A stretch of 64,000 nucleotides of DNA from an uncultured Bacillota bacterium (lineage in GTDB: Bacteria; Sysuimicrobiota; Sysuimicrobiia; Sysuimicrobiales; Segetimicrobiaceae). The stretch is taken from contig CAWDRG010000015.1 in NCBI GenBank assembly GCA_963804645.1, forward strand, positions 384,001 to 448,000, in the 5' to 3' direction. Made by a program: the position numbers and the translations under genes. Within the stretch, counting starts at the first letter, position 1. The number at the start of each line of letters is the position of its first letter. Shown here piece after piece: positions 29,649 to 39,765 of this stretch. A model generated the notes under the pieces. That model had not been told where the DNA came from. It did not search any database and was given only the letters and a program-made list of their open reading frames with translations.

Positions 29649-30601
29649 CTACTGCCGGACGCGCACCAACTTCGACAGGCTGCGGAGTTCGCGGGGGGCG
29701 TGCGCGACCGCCCCCAGTATGTCCACGACACCTCGCCGACATAGACATCGCCGTGCGAGTCAATCGCCACGCTGTGGGGGGCCACGAACTGTCCGGGCTC
29801 GCTGCCGGGCAGCCGGTCCCCAAGGCGCGCAAGGAGCCGGCCGTCCGTGGTGTAGATGCTCACGCGCGCGCCGAGGTTCGCGACGCCTTCGCTGATCCCG
29901 ACGCCGCACAGCTCGCCGACGTAGACGCGCTCGCCCGCCGGATCCCGCGCATCGAGGTACAGGGCGGCCGGCTTGTGCATGTTGTGCCATTGGGCGCGGA
30001 AGCGCCCGTCGGCATCGAAGACCTGCATGCGGTGGTTCTCGCGATCGGCGACATACAGCAGCCCGGCCCGATCGATCACGATCGCATGGGGCAGATTGAA
30101 CTGGCCGGGGTCGCTGCCGGGCTCGCCCCCCGAACCCAGCAGCTCGCCTGTGGGCGAGAATTTGTGGACGCGCGTATTGCCGTAGCCGTCGGTGACGTAC
30201 AGGGATCCGTCGGGCGCGACCGCGACGTGGGTGCAGCGGTTGAACGGCCGCCCGCTGTGCTTGGGCGCGGGCTGGTTCGGGACGCCGAGCGTGAGCAGGA
30301 CCTTGCCGTCCAGCGTGCACTTGCGGATCGTGTGATCGCCGTCGTCGGTCAGGTAGATCGTGTCGTCCGGGCCCATCGTCACCGCGTGGGGCCGGCTGAA
30401 CATCCCGTCGCCCCAGGAGCCGACGAAGGTCCCGTCGCGCTCGAAGATCGTGAGGGGATGGTCGCCGCGGCTGAAGACGTACACGCGGTCGCGCCGGTCG
30501 ACGCCGACCCCGGAGACTTCCTTGAAGGACCATCCTTCGGGCAGCCGCGCCCAGTCCTGGACGAATTCGAAGACGTAGTCTCCGCTGCCGACCGTGACCA
30601 C
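29649..30601 (-). CDS. NHL-repeat protein (peptidyl-alpha-hydroxyglycine alpha-amidating lyase family); frameshift in the G-run near 29695
   Basis: Repeated F..PH...D...YV.D motifs and DGYGN.RVHKF. The shifted frame gives RELRSLSKLVRVRQ* ending at 29649. Confidence 0.85.
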
Positions 30602-30718
30602 CGTGCACCCCCGCGCCGTGGTATCCTTCCACGGTCTTCGACGGAGGCCGCGCAGATCCCGCGCACGCCCGCGCGGCCTCCGGGGGGAGAGTCCGCGGGC
30701 CGCGCGTAACTAGCCGCC

Positions 30719-31972
30719 GTGGACGCTTCGAGACCCCCGGCGCGGGATGGTGCGGTCCCACCCGCGCCGCGGCCGCTGCACCTCGCCGCGCTCGGCGCCG
30801 GGTGGTCGGTGTTCGTGATCGCCAACGCGCAGCGGATCGACGTCGTGCCGTTCTTTACGGGCCTGCGCGTGGACTACGGCGTCGACTACGCCGGCGTCGG
30901 CGCCCTGCTGTCCGCCTACCTGCTCGGGTACGTCCTGGGCCAGGTGCCGATGGGGCTCGCCGCCGACAACCTCCCCACGCGGCGCGTCACGGTCGCCGGC
31001 CTCGCGCTGATGGTGGTGACGTCCGGGCTGTTCGCGCTGACGCGCGAGTACTGGCTCGCGATGCTGTGGCGGTTCCTCATGGGGATCAGCGGCGCGGCGC
31101 TGTACTCGTCCACGGTCAAGCAGCTCCTGGCCGTGGCGCCGAGCCGAGGCACCGCGATGGGCGTGCTGCAGTCCGGCGCCGGCGCCGGGATGATCGTCGG
31201 CCTGGTGGGGCTGCCGCTCGTCGCGATCGCGGCCGGCGTGCATTCCGCGTTTTGGGTGCTGACCGCGCTGACCGCAGCCGCGTGCGCGTACGCGGCCGTG
31301 TGCCTGCCGGCCGGCGCCGCGCACCGCCCCGCCACCGAATCGATGCGCGCACAGATCGGCGGCATCGTGCGGGACCGGCTGTTCCACTACATCGCGTCGT
31401 GCACGGCCCTGGTGCTGTTCAGCGTGTACGGGATCACGGCCTGGATCCCGACCTACCTGCAGACCGAGTACCGGTTTACGAGCGCGGCCGCGGGCGGCGT
31501 CGCGGCGCTGATCAACGTCGGGCTGGCCGTCGCGTCCCCGGCCGCCGGCGCGCTGTCAGACCGGTTGGGCGTGCGGGGTCCCGTCGTCATCGCCGGCGTG
31601 AGCCTGCTGGTGCTGGCGTGCCTCCTGCTCGCGGTGATCCACGGCGCTCCGGTGGTGGCGCTCGCCGCGGTCATCGGCGGGGTCGGCATCGCGCTCACGC
31701 TGCCGATCCTGACGACCATGACCACGGATGCGTTCGGGGTGCGGCGCGCGGGGGTGGCGATCTCCCTCAACCTTGCGGTCGGGCAGGTGGCCTCCACGAT
31801 CTCCGGGGTGCTGTTCGGCGCCCTCCTCGACGCCACCCACAGTTTCCCGCTCCTGTGGACCGTCGGGGGCGCGGTCGCCGCGGCCGGGCTCGGGCCGGCG
31901 ATGTTGCTCCAGGCCCGGGAACGGACGATGGCTTCGGCAGCGGGATCCTCGGGCGGCGCGCCCGGCAGCTAG
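30719..31972 (+). CDS. MFS transporter
   Basis: About 12 hydrophobic segments and motif A G.LSDRLGVR. Confidence 0.88.
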   Translation: MDASRPPARDGAVPPAPRPLHLAALGAGWSVFVIANAQRIDVVPFFTGLRVDYGVDYAGVGALLSAYLLGYVLGQVPMGLAADNLPTRRVTVAGLALMVVTSGLFALTREYWLAMLWRFLMGISGAALYSSTVKQLLAVAPSRGTAMGVLQSGAGAGMIVGLVGLPLVAIAAGVHSAFWVLTALTAAACAYAAVCLPAGAAHRPATESMRAQIGGIVRDRLFHYIASCTALVLFSVYGITAWIPTYLQTEYRFTSAAAGGVAALINVGLAVASPAAGALSDRLGVRGPVVIAGVSLLVLACLLLAVIHGAPVVALAAVIGGVGIALTLPILTTMTTDAFGVRRAGVAISLNLAVGQVASTISGVLFGALLDATHSFPLLWTVGGAVAAAGLGPAMLLQARERTMASAAGSSGGAPGS

Positions 31973-32016
31973 CCGGAGCGGGCACGGCGCATGACGGCGC
32001 GTCGTCCGCGTCGCGG

Positions 32017-32673
32017 CTAGTCCGGGTCCGAGATGGCGTGCGAGTAGCGCCGGAACACGGCGGCGTTCGCCGGAAAGATCAGAAGCGGCGTGTAGGACGC
32101 GAGCGTCACACTGAGAAACGCCACGCCGATCGAGAGCAGAAGGATCAGCGGTGACACGAGCGTCCGCGCCATGAGGTAGTCGGCGACGGCCGGACTGACG
32201 CCTGGGCTCGTGAGACCGCGCGTCCTCGCTCCTTGCCACAGCCACGCCAGCGTTAAACCCACCAGTGCGAGCGTGGCCGCATACACGATCCAGGCGGTCC
32301 GCTCGTCGGCCAGCCTGGCGAAGTGCTCTTCGCCGATCAGGCTCGTCGGAAATGGAGTCAGGACGACGAACGCGAGAAACGCGAAGTTTCTCAGAAGCAA
32401 CTGGCGATCATAGGCGACGATGTACGCGACGATACGATGGTACGCGATCCAGTAGATCGCGACGACGAAAAACGTGAGGCCGAAGCTGAATAATCTCGGC
32501 CATAACGACAGGAGCTGCGCCGCGAGATACTCGACCGACGGGCCCAGCAGGTGCACGTCGAGGACGAGCAGGGTCATCGCCACACCGAAGATGCCGTCGC
32601 TGAGGGCGGCGATGCTGGAGGAGTCGTACCGTTCGAGCACGCTTCTTGAAACCATGCGTCCACCCCCGACCAT
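32017..32673 (-). CDS. TMEM175-family (DUF1211) membrane protein
   Basis: SDGIFGVAMTLLVLD, YW..Y.R and PFPT. Confidence 0.85.
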   Translation of the reverse strand: MVGGGRMVSRSVLERYDSSSIAALSDGIFGVAMTLLVLDVHLLGPSVEYLAAQLLSLWPRLFSFGLTFFVVAIYWIAYHRIVAYIVAYDRQLLLRNFAFLAFVVLTPFPTSLIGEEHFARLADERTAWIVYAATLALVGLTLAWLWQGARTRGLTSPGVSPAVADYLMARTLVSPLILLLSIGVAFLSVTLASYTPLLIFPANAAVFRRYSHAISDPD

Positions 32674-32756
32674 ATGCGCGCCTTTTCGAGTTGGCACCGG
32701 GCGGACCCTAGGCGGGGCCACGTGTGCGCGTGCGGGCACAGTCGCCGCGCTGTGGG

Positions 32757-33200
32757 TCAGCGCCGCGTCGGTGATCTCGGTGTATCCGCCTCGGGCGGCC
32801 AGGCGCCGGGGTCCCCAAGCGCGCACGTGCCGCCGAAATAGCGCCGGTGCGCGGCGATCCAGTGGTACACCCATCGAATCACCCGCGTGCCCCCGGGCAG
32901 CGCGCCGACAGCGATCAGAACCCACGCCCACCAGATCGACCGGATCTGGCGGGCGAGATAGATGCAGGCATCCGCTCCCCCGAGCACCCGGCCGTCATAT
33001 GCGAGAAGCCACACCTGAGAGAGCAGCTCGTCGGGCGTCACGCCGAGGCGCTCGGCCACGCCGCGCGCCTGCAGCGGTATGAGCTCGAATCCGTGCTCGC
33101 GCAGCGTGTGCCGCCATCGGGCCGCGAGCGCGGTGCACATGGAGCACTCGCCGTCGTAGAACACCCACCCGCCGCGGCGGCTCGGCGGCCGTTGGTCCAT
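32757..33200 (-). CDS. DUF393/DCC1-like thiol-disulfide oxidoreductase
   Basis: VFYDGECSMC and Y.WIA.HR. The real start is at 33200, inside the long track ORF. Confidence 0.85.
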   Translation of the reverse strand: MDQRPPSRRGGWVFYDGECSMCTALAARWRHTLREHGFELIPLQARGVAERLGVTPDELLSQVWLLAYDGRVLGGADACIYLARQIRSIWWAWVLIAVGALPGGTRVIRWVYHWIAAHRRYFGGTCALGDPGAWPPEADTPRSPTRR

Positions 33201-34564
33201 CACGGCGGCTTGGCCCGGGTGGGCGTCGAGCTGGCACCCGGCCCGTGTGCTGCGTTCGCCACGATTCCGGCGGCCATCGCGGCGAGGCGTGCGGCACCGG
33301 TCCCGGCCGCCTCCTGCGTCACGGAGACGATCGGCGCCTGGAGTGCCGCCCCGATCCGCGCCCGCAGCGAGGGAAGGGCGGTCAGGCCGCCGGTCAGCGC
33401 ATAGCTCCGGGCGGCGACGCCGGCCGCGTGCGCATCCTCGACCAGCCGTCCGAGCGCATCGACCAGCGCCGCCGCTGCGGCCGTGTAGATCGCGTTCGCC
33501 GTCCAACCGCCCGCGCGCAGCGCTAGCACGCGCTTGGGGACTGGTGTCGGGTCGCGGTCCGGTAGCGTGAATGGCTGAGAGGTACTCGGATTGCCGCATC
33601 TCCCATTCGATCCGACGAGGGCGGCATGCCGCGCCGCGTCGGCGGGAATCGGCCCGCCGTCCAGGGCGGAGACGACCGCGTCGAGGAACCGGCCCGCGCC
33701 GGTGCATCCCCGGACCCACGCCCACGCGCCCGATGGGGCGATCGGATAGCCAAACGCGCCAGAGACGATCGACCCGGTGACGATCCGCACGACCGCGTTG
33801 GTCGACAGTGTGATGCACCCGTCTCCGTCGTCCGCGGCGCCCGCGCCGAAGGTGGCGCAGGAGCCATCCTGCGCACCGACCGCAACCGGGATGCCGCGCT
33901 CGAGCCCGAGGGCTGCCGCCGCGGCCGGGGTCAGCCGTCCTGCACACGCGTGCATCGGGCGGGAGGTCGGAAAGGCGGAGACGGGGACGCCCGCGAGGGC
34001 CGCGGCGGCCGGCGGCCACACCGGTCCTCCCGGGCCGGTCGCGTAGTCGGTCACCCAGACGTCGCACAGGCGGAGCGTCAGATAGTCGCGCAGCGCGCCG
34101 GCGCGCCGGACCAGACGGTGCCGATCCGGATAATGGCGAGCGAGCCAGCGGGCCGTCCCTACCAAGAGTGGGGCGTACGCGCACCCCAGCGGTCCGGCGG
34201 GACCCCAGCCGTCGGCGTGGTAGATGTCGCGCATCTCCGGATCGGCGCGGGTGAGCGGCGGGATGGGGTCGGCGGCGATTGCCGCCCCCCGGGCGTCGAG
34301 AAAGATCCCCGGATGGTGGCGGCACGAAGTGCCCACGGCGCGGACCTGCGTCGTGCCGGCCGGAAGCGCCGACAGCGCCGCGCGCGTCGCCTGGCAGACC
34401 GCCTGCCACCACGCGTCGAGCGCCGTGTCGTCCGGCGCCGGGCCGTGCGGTCCCGCGGGACTGGACGTCCGGCCGGCCGCCACGATCGTCCCCTGCGCGT
34501 CGCAGACGATCGCCTTGCACAGCGTCGACCCGACGTCGATGCCGAGGCACAGCGGTGCGCTCAT
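33200..34564 (-). CDS. FGGY-family carbohydrate kinase
   Basis: LGIDVGSTLCKA, GAQDG, LSTNAV, LTGG and EAAGTGAA. Confidence 0.8.
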   Translation of the reverse strand: MSAPLCLGIDVGSTLCKAIVCDAQGTIVAAGRTSSPAGPHGPAPDDTALDAWWQAVCQATRAALSALPAGTTQVRAVGTSCRHHPGIFLDARGAAIAADPIPPLTRADPEMRDIYHADGWGPAGPLGCAYAPLLVGTARWLARHYPDRHRLVRRAGALRDYLTLRLCDVWVTDYATGPGGPVWPPAAAALAGVPVSAFPTSRPMHACAGRLTPAAAAALGLERGIPVAVGAQDGSCATFGAGAADDGDGCITLSTNAVVRIVTGSIVSGAFGYPIAPSGAWAWVRGCTGAGRFLDAVVSALDGGPIPADAARHAALVGSNGRCGNPSTSQPFTLPDRDPTPVPKRVLALRAGGWTANAIYTAAAAALVDALGRLVEDAHAAGVAARSYALTGGLTALPSLRARIGAALQAPIVSVTQEAAGTGAARLAAMAAGIVANAAHGPGASSTPTRAKPP

Positions 34565-34595
34565 TCAGCTCCGTGCGCGGCGGCGGCCGACCGCC

Positions 34596-35748
34596 TCACG
34601 GATCCGATCCCGGCCGAGCGGCCACGCAGGGAACGACCACCCCCGCCCGCACGGCGTAGACCGGCTCCAGCGTGTCCCGCGCCTGCTCGACCCGTCCTTC
34701 GGAGTCCCGCACCTCGACCGGGCCCGGCCGCAGCCGGAACAGGGTGACGTCTGCGCAGGCGCCCGGGTCGCAGGGTCCCGATCTCCCCATCGAGGCCGAG
34801 GGCCTGGGCCGGCCCCGCGGTCGCCGCGGCGACGACGCGGGGCAGGTCGAGTCCCAGGTGCAGCATCTTCGCCATCGTGGTCGCGAGATCATAGACCGGT
34901 CCGGCGAGGTTGCGCGCGTGCAGGTCGGTGCTGACCGCGTGGAGCGGCAGTCCCGCCGCGATCGCCCGGCGGCCGGTCTCGAACGAAAAACTCTCCGAGC
35001 CGTGGGCGAGATCGAACACAACGCCGCGGTCGACCGCGGCCGCGGCAGCCGGACTCGGACGTCCGCGCCGGTCCAGGAGGCCGCCCGGCTTGCCGTGCCA
35101 GCAGTGCGTCACGATGTCCCCGGCGTCGAGACACGCGAGCACGTCGTCGATGACGGGCGGGGCGTTGCCGATATGGCACATCACACGCGTCCCGGCGAGG
35201 CGCGCCGCCTGCGCGGCGAGCTTGACCGGGGTCACCCCCATGACGCCGCAGTGCGTGCGGCTCGCGAGGACTTTGATCCCGACGATCTCGCCGGCGTGGC
35301 GCTCGGCCATCGCGATCGTCTGCTGCTGGTTGAAGTTTTCCCAGATGCCGTGCCGCGGGGCGATCGTGGTATGGAGGGAGACGTTGAGGAACGCCAGCAC
35401 CCGCGTGGACGCGCCCGGAATGACGTAGGCGTGCATCGCGTCGTAGAGTCCGGCGCCGCACGACCCGGCGTCGACGACGGTCGTGACCCCGCGGGCGACG
35501 CCCGCGTCGCGGTCCGGATCGACGCTGGTGCGGCCGAGACGGTAGGCCACGTGGGCATGCAGATCGATCCAGCCGGCGGAGGCGATCAGCCCGGCGCCGT
35601 CGAGCGTCGAGGCGCTCATGCCGGCCGCGCGGCCCACGGCCACGATGCGTCCGCCCCGGATGCCGATGTCCGCCGGGCCGTCGAGGCGCTGCGTCGGATC
35701 GATCACGCGGGCGCCGCGGATCACGAGGTCGTACGACTCGCTCGGCAT
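34596..35748 (-). CDS. Amidohydrolase/deacetylase-family metallohydrolase (dihydroorotase-like); frameshift near 34765
   Basis: GWIDLHAHV, GVTTVVDAGS, MCHIG, THCWHG, AHG..SFSF and STDLH. The C-terminal ADVTLF is in the adjacent frame. Confidence 0.85.
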
Positions 35749-35861
35749 CTCAGCACCGCCTCCGGGGAAGGTTCGCGACGGCGCGCGCGCTATTCCTTGC
35801 GTCGCCGCCGGGGGCGCGTTGCGGGTCGGGGGCTCTCGCGTTACCATGAGACCGAGCGATC

Positions 35862-36770
35862 ATGCGCATCGTGTCCCTTGTGCCAAGCGCCACCGAGATC
35901 GTGTGCCGCCTCGGGCTCATCGGCGACCTGGTCGGCGTCTCCGGCGACTGCGACTATCCGGCGGAGATCGCCGGCGTGCCGGTGCTGAGCCGGCCCGTGG
36001 CCACGCCGGAACTCACGAGCGCGGCGATCGACCGGCGCATCCGCGAGGACGTGCACTCGGGGACGAGTGTCTATCACCTTGACGCGGAGACGCTGGCCCG
36101 GGTCGATCCGACCCTGATCCTGACGCAGGAACTGTGCGCGGTCTGCGCGCCGTCGTTCACGACGGTCCGGCGCGCGGCTCGGCTGCTCGAGGCGCCCGTG
36201 CGCATCGTGTCCCTGGAACCGCGCAGCCTCGCCGACGTCCTGGACAACGTTCAGCTCGTGGCGGACCTCTCGGGGATTTCCGCGCGCGGCCGCGCGGTCG
36301 TCGCCGAGCTCCGGGCACGGATCGATGCGGTCGCGGCGGGGACCGGCCCGGCGCGCCCGCGCGTCGCCGTCCTCGAATGGGTGGATCCGATCTTCGTCGG
36401 CGGGCACTGGGTGCCCGAGATGATCGCGGCGGCCGGCGGCGTCGACGTGCTCGGGGCCGCCGGGCAGCCGTCGGCGCAGGTCCCGTGGGACGCGGTGCTG
36501 GACGCGCGCCCCGAGGTGCTGATCATCGCGCCGTGCGGATTCCATCTCGCCCGGGCCCGCGAGGAGGCGGCGCTGTTGGCCCGGCGCGATGGGTGGCGCG
36601 ACCTGCCCGCAGTGCGCCGGGGGCAGGTCTACATCGTCGATGCGTCGTCGTACTTCAACCGGCCGGGACCGCGGTTAATGGACGGCCTGGAGATCCTGGC
36701 GTCCGTCCTGCGGGGGCACGGGGGCACGTTCGCACTGCCATCGGACGCGGTCGAGCCGTGGTCTGTCTGA
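35862..36770 (+). CDS. Cobalamin/iron-siderophore binding protein (BtuF-like), no signal peptide
   Basis: MRIVSLVPSATEI, TQELCAVC, GHWVPEM and FNRPGPRL. Confidence 0.88.
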   Translation: MRIVSLVPSATEIVCRLGLIGDLVGVSGDCDYPAEIAGVPVLSRPVATPELTSAAIDRRIREDVHSGTSVYHLDAETLARVDPTLILTQELCAVCAPSFTTVRRAARLLEAPVRIVSLEPRSLADVLDNVQLVADLSGISARGRAVVAELRARIDAVAAGTGPARPRVAVLEWVDPIFVGGHWVPEMIAAAGGVDVLGAAGQPSAQVPWDAVLDARPEVLIIAPCGFHLARAREEAALLARRDGWRDLPAVRRGQVYIVDASSYFNRPGPRLMDGLEILASVLRGHGGTFALPSDAVEPWSV

Positions 36771-36818
36771 TCGTGATTGAGTGATCGGCGACATCACGCG
36801 CGACACAGGAGGACACTC

Positions 36819-37063
36819 ATGACGACGTGTCGCGCGTCGTGCTCTACGGGCTCCAGGGGCAGGTCACCGTCAACGGCCAATCGTACAACGGGGCAATGCC
36901 AGGATTTGCCTCGTCGCTGACGGATGACCAGATCAGCCAAATTCTGACCTACGTCGGGAGCTCGTGGGGCAACAACGCGTCCGCTGTCGCCGCCAGCGTG
37001 GTCGCCGCCGAGCGGGCGAACCCCGGCACCCCGGCCGACAACTACAAGAACTATCCGAAGTAA
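36819..37063 (+). pseudogene. c-type cytochrome remnant lacking the signal peptide and CXXCH
   Basis: VVLYGLQG.VTVNG..YNGAMP.F..LTDDQI..ILTYV..SWGN is the C-terminal half of a class I cytochrome c. The RBS and ATG at 36819 are out of frame with it. Confidence 0.7.
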
Positions 37064-37154
37064 CTCCGGCGTCGCGACGGCGCACCGCTTCTCGCACGGG
37101 ACGCGCGCGCCTGCGGTCGCGACGCCCAGTCTGCCGGCCCGCAGGTTGTCACGG

Positions 37155-38523
37155 TCACACGGCGATCGCGGTCCCCCGCTCGGGGACCGCCGCCGCGTAG
37201 CCGACCCCTCCGAGCTTCGCCGCCAGGGCCTCGGCCTGTGCCGCCTCCCCGTGCACGAGGACGATGCGGCCCACCGACGGCACGCGCCGGACCCACGCGG
37301 TCAGTTCGTCGCCGTCGGCGTGCGCGCTGAAGGAGGCGAGCGTGCGCACGGTCAGGCGGACCGCCTGCGGGTCTCCGAGGACGTTGACGCGGGACGCCCC
37401 CGCGGCCAGCCGGGCCCCGAGCGTGTACGGCGCCTGGTACGAGACGAACACGAGCATCGAGCGCGGGTCGCCGAGATGGTGCCGCAGGTGGTGGAGAATG
37501 CGCCCCGACTCACACATGCCCGATGTGGCGATGACGACGGATGGGCCGGAGAGATCGTTGACCGTCTTGGAGTCGTCCACGGACCGGAGATAGCGCAGCT
37601 CCCGAAATCCGAACGGATCTTCCTGCTTGAGAAAGGCCTGCGTCGCCTGGTCAAAGCACTCGGGGTGCCGACGGAAGATATCGGTCGCGTCGGCGGCCAT
37701 GGGGCTGTCGACAAACACGGGCACGGACGGGATCGCATGCGCATCCTTCTGCCGGTGGAGCGCATACGCGAGTTCCTGCGCCCGTCCGATCGCGAACGAG
37801 GGGATCAAGCACCGTGCCGCCGCGGGCCGCGGTCTCGCTGACCGCCTCGCCGAGGCGGCGTTCGCCGACGTCAATGGAGTCGTGTACGCGGTCGCCGTAG
37901 GTGGACTCCATGAGGAGGAGATCCGCCGCCGGCGGGACCGCGGGATCGCGAAGGATCGGCGTGGCGGGCCGGCCGAGGTCTCCCGTGAAGACCAGGGTCC
38001 GTCCTTCCGCCTCCACGACGATCATCGCCGATCCGAGGATGTGTCCGGCGTCGAGCAGCGTGACGCGGAGGCCGCCGATCGCCTGCGCCGTGCCGTACGG
38101 GACGGTGGCCATCCGCTCGATCACGCGGTCGACGTCGTCCTCGGTGTACAGCGGAACCGCCTCGGGCTGGCCCGGCCGCCGGTGTCGCCGGAGATAGGCC
38201 GCGTCCTGTCCTTGAATCTTCGCGCTGTCGCGCAGCACGAGCTCCGCCAGCTCGCGCGTCGCCCCGGTGCAATAAATCGATCCGGCGAAGCCGCCGCGCA
38301 CCAGGACCGGCAGATCGCCGCAGTGATCGAGGTGGGCGTGCGACAGCACCACCGCGTCGACGCTCCGGGCGTCGAACGGGAGAGTGCGGTTGATCCGGTC
38401 GGCCTCCTCGCGATGTCCCTGAAACAGGCCGCAGTCGAGCAGCAGCCGGGTGCCGCCGGCGGACGCCAGGTGCATTGAGCCGGTGACCGTGCGGACCGCG
38501 CCGTAGGGGGTGACGGTGAACAT
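37155..38523 (-). CDS. MBL-fold/beta-CASP metallo-hydrolase (RNase-like); frameshift near 37808
   Basis: VTGSMH, DCGLFQG, SHAHLDHCG, DAGHILGS, MESTYG, then IPSFAIGRAQE, FSAHAD and LVHGE. Confidence 0.88.
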
Positions 38524-38650
38524 CCATGCACTCCTTGTTGGGAAGGGTCCCGCTCGTGCGCTGACGCTGCCAGCGGCCCGTCTTCCCCCGCCCAGGGATG
38601 GGCAGGACGCCATCAAAATGGCCATGGCTGGACACCACCGCGTGATTAGA

Positions 38651-38711
38651 TTGACACAAACGAACAGATTGTGCTAGCATGCCGCCATGCGATGCCGATT
38701 GTCTGACAATC
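38651..38711 (+). promoter_or_regulatory. Promoter and perfect palindromic operator upstream of GntR
   Basis: TTGACA (38651-38656), 18 nt, TAGCAT (38675-38680). GATTGTC-T-GACAATC at 38697-38711. Confidence 0.65.
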
Positions 38712-38733
38712 AGAAATCGGACAGACGCCGATA

Positions 38734-39528
38734 ATGCCACGAACCCAGCCGTTTGTCCGCCCCCCTACGCTCACAGCCACCGTGGTCGATCACATTCGGG
38801 CCGCTATTGTGCAAGGCCAGTTCAAACCAGGGGCGCCGCTCCACGAGGTCGACCTATGTAACCTGTTGGGCGTCTCGCGCGGCACCGTGCGCGAGGCGCT
38901 TCGTCAGCTCAAGGACGAGAATCTCGTGGAGATCGTGCCGCACCGTGGGGCTTGTGTCACGACGCTCTCGCCGAGACGCGCGTGGGAAATCTACACGCTC
39001 CGGGCCCAGCTCGAGCCCTACGCCGTTCGGCTCGCGCTTGAGCGCGAGGCCTATCGCGCGCAAGATCTTGAGGAATTGGACGCCCTGGTGGGGCGCCTCG
39101 GCGCGCTTGGACCGGCGGGCGATCCGATCACCGTGGTGTCCACGGACATGGAGTTCCACCGCGTCCTATGCGAGCGGAGCGAACACGCGCTCCTGATCGA
39201 CGCGCTGCGCAGACTCCGGTTTCAGACGCGTCTCTTCATTCTGAACACGCTGCTCTACCACTCAGACCGAGAGCAGGACGACCGGACGCACCGCGTCATT
39301 CTCGACATGGTCCGCGCGGGCCAGCCGGCTCCGGCCGAGGCGTGCGTCCGGGAGCATATCATCAACGCCGGGACCTACCTCGTGCACTTGATGGAAACCA
39401 CCGACGATGGGGTGGCGAGACCAACGCGGGTCGAGATGCCGCGCACGCCTTCCACCCCATTTGAGGCCGTGCCGTCGGTGCGGCGCGCAGCACTTGAACC
39501 CGCCGATGGGACGGAGCGTACACCATAG
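38734..39528 (+). CDS. GntR-family (FCD) transcriptional regulator
   Basis: LGVSRGTVREAL and DMEFH. Confidence 0.92.
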   Translation: MPRTQPFVRPPTLTATVVDHIRAAIVQGQFKPGAPLHEVDLCNLLGVSRGTVREALRQLKDENLVEIVPHRGACVTTLSPRRAWEIYTLRAQLEPYAVRLALEREAYRAQDLEELDALVGRLGALGPAGDPITVVSTDMEFHRVLCERSEHALLIDALRRLRFQTRLFILNTLLYHSDREQDDRTHRVILDMVRAGQPAPAEACVREHIINAGTYLVHLMETTDDGVARPTRVEMPRTPSTPFEAVPSVRRAALEPADGTERTP

Positions 39529-39765
39529 CACCAAGGCACGGGCAAGGCCGGAGGGGGTGATGGGGGTGGCGCCGCTGGACGAGGCGGCGCGCGATGGTGG
39601 GTGAAAGCACGGTGGCGCCGAATCGTACGAAGAGTTCGCAGCCGCCGGAGCGCCGCAGGGGTGGGCGCCGGTCGTCTGGGCGGAGCACGGGTTGAGCTCG
39701 TTCGCGTTGAAGACCGAGAAGACGGATAGGCATTCGCACCGAACATATCGGGGAGGTGGTTGGGA

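Noticed and set aside
35750..35862. Cobalamin riboswitch upstream of the BtuF-like gene
   Set aside because: The intergenic region is short and has no recognisable B12-box.
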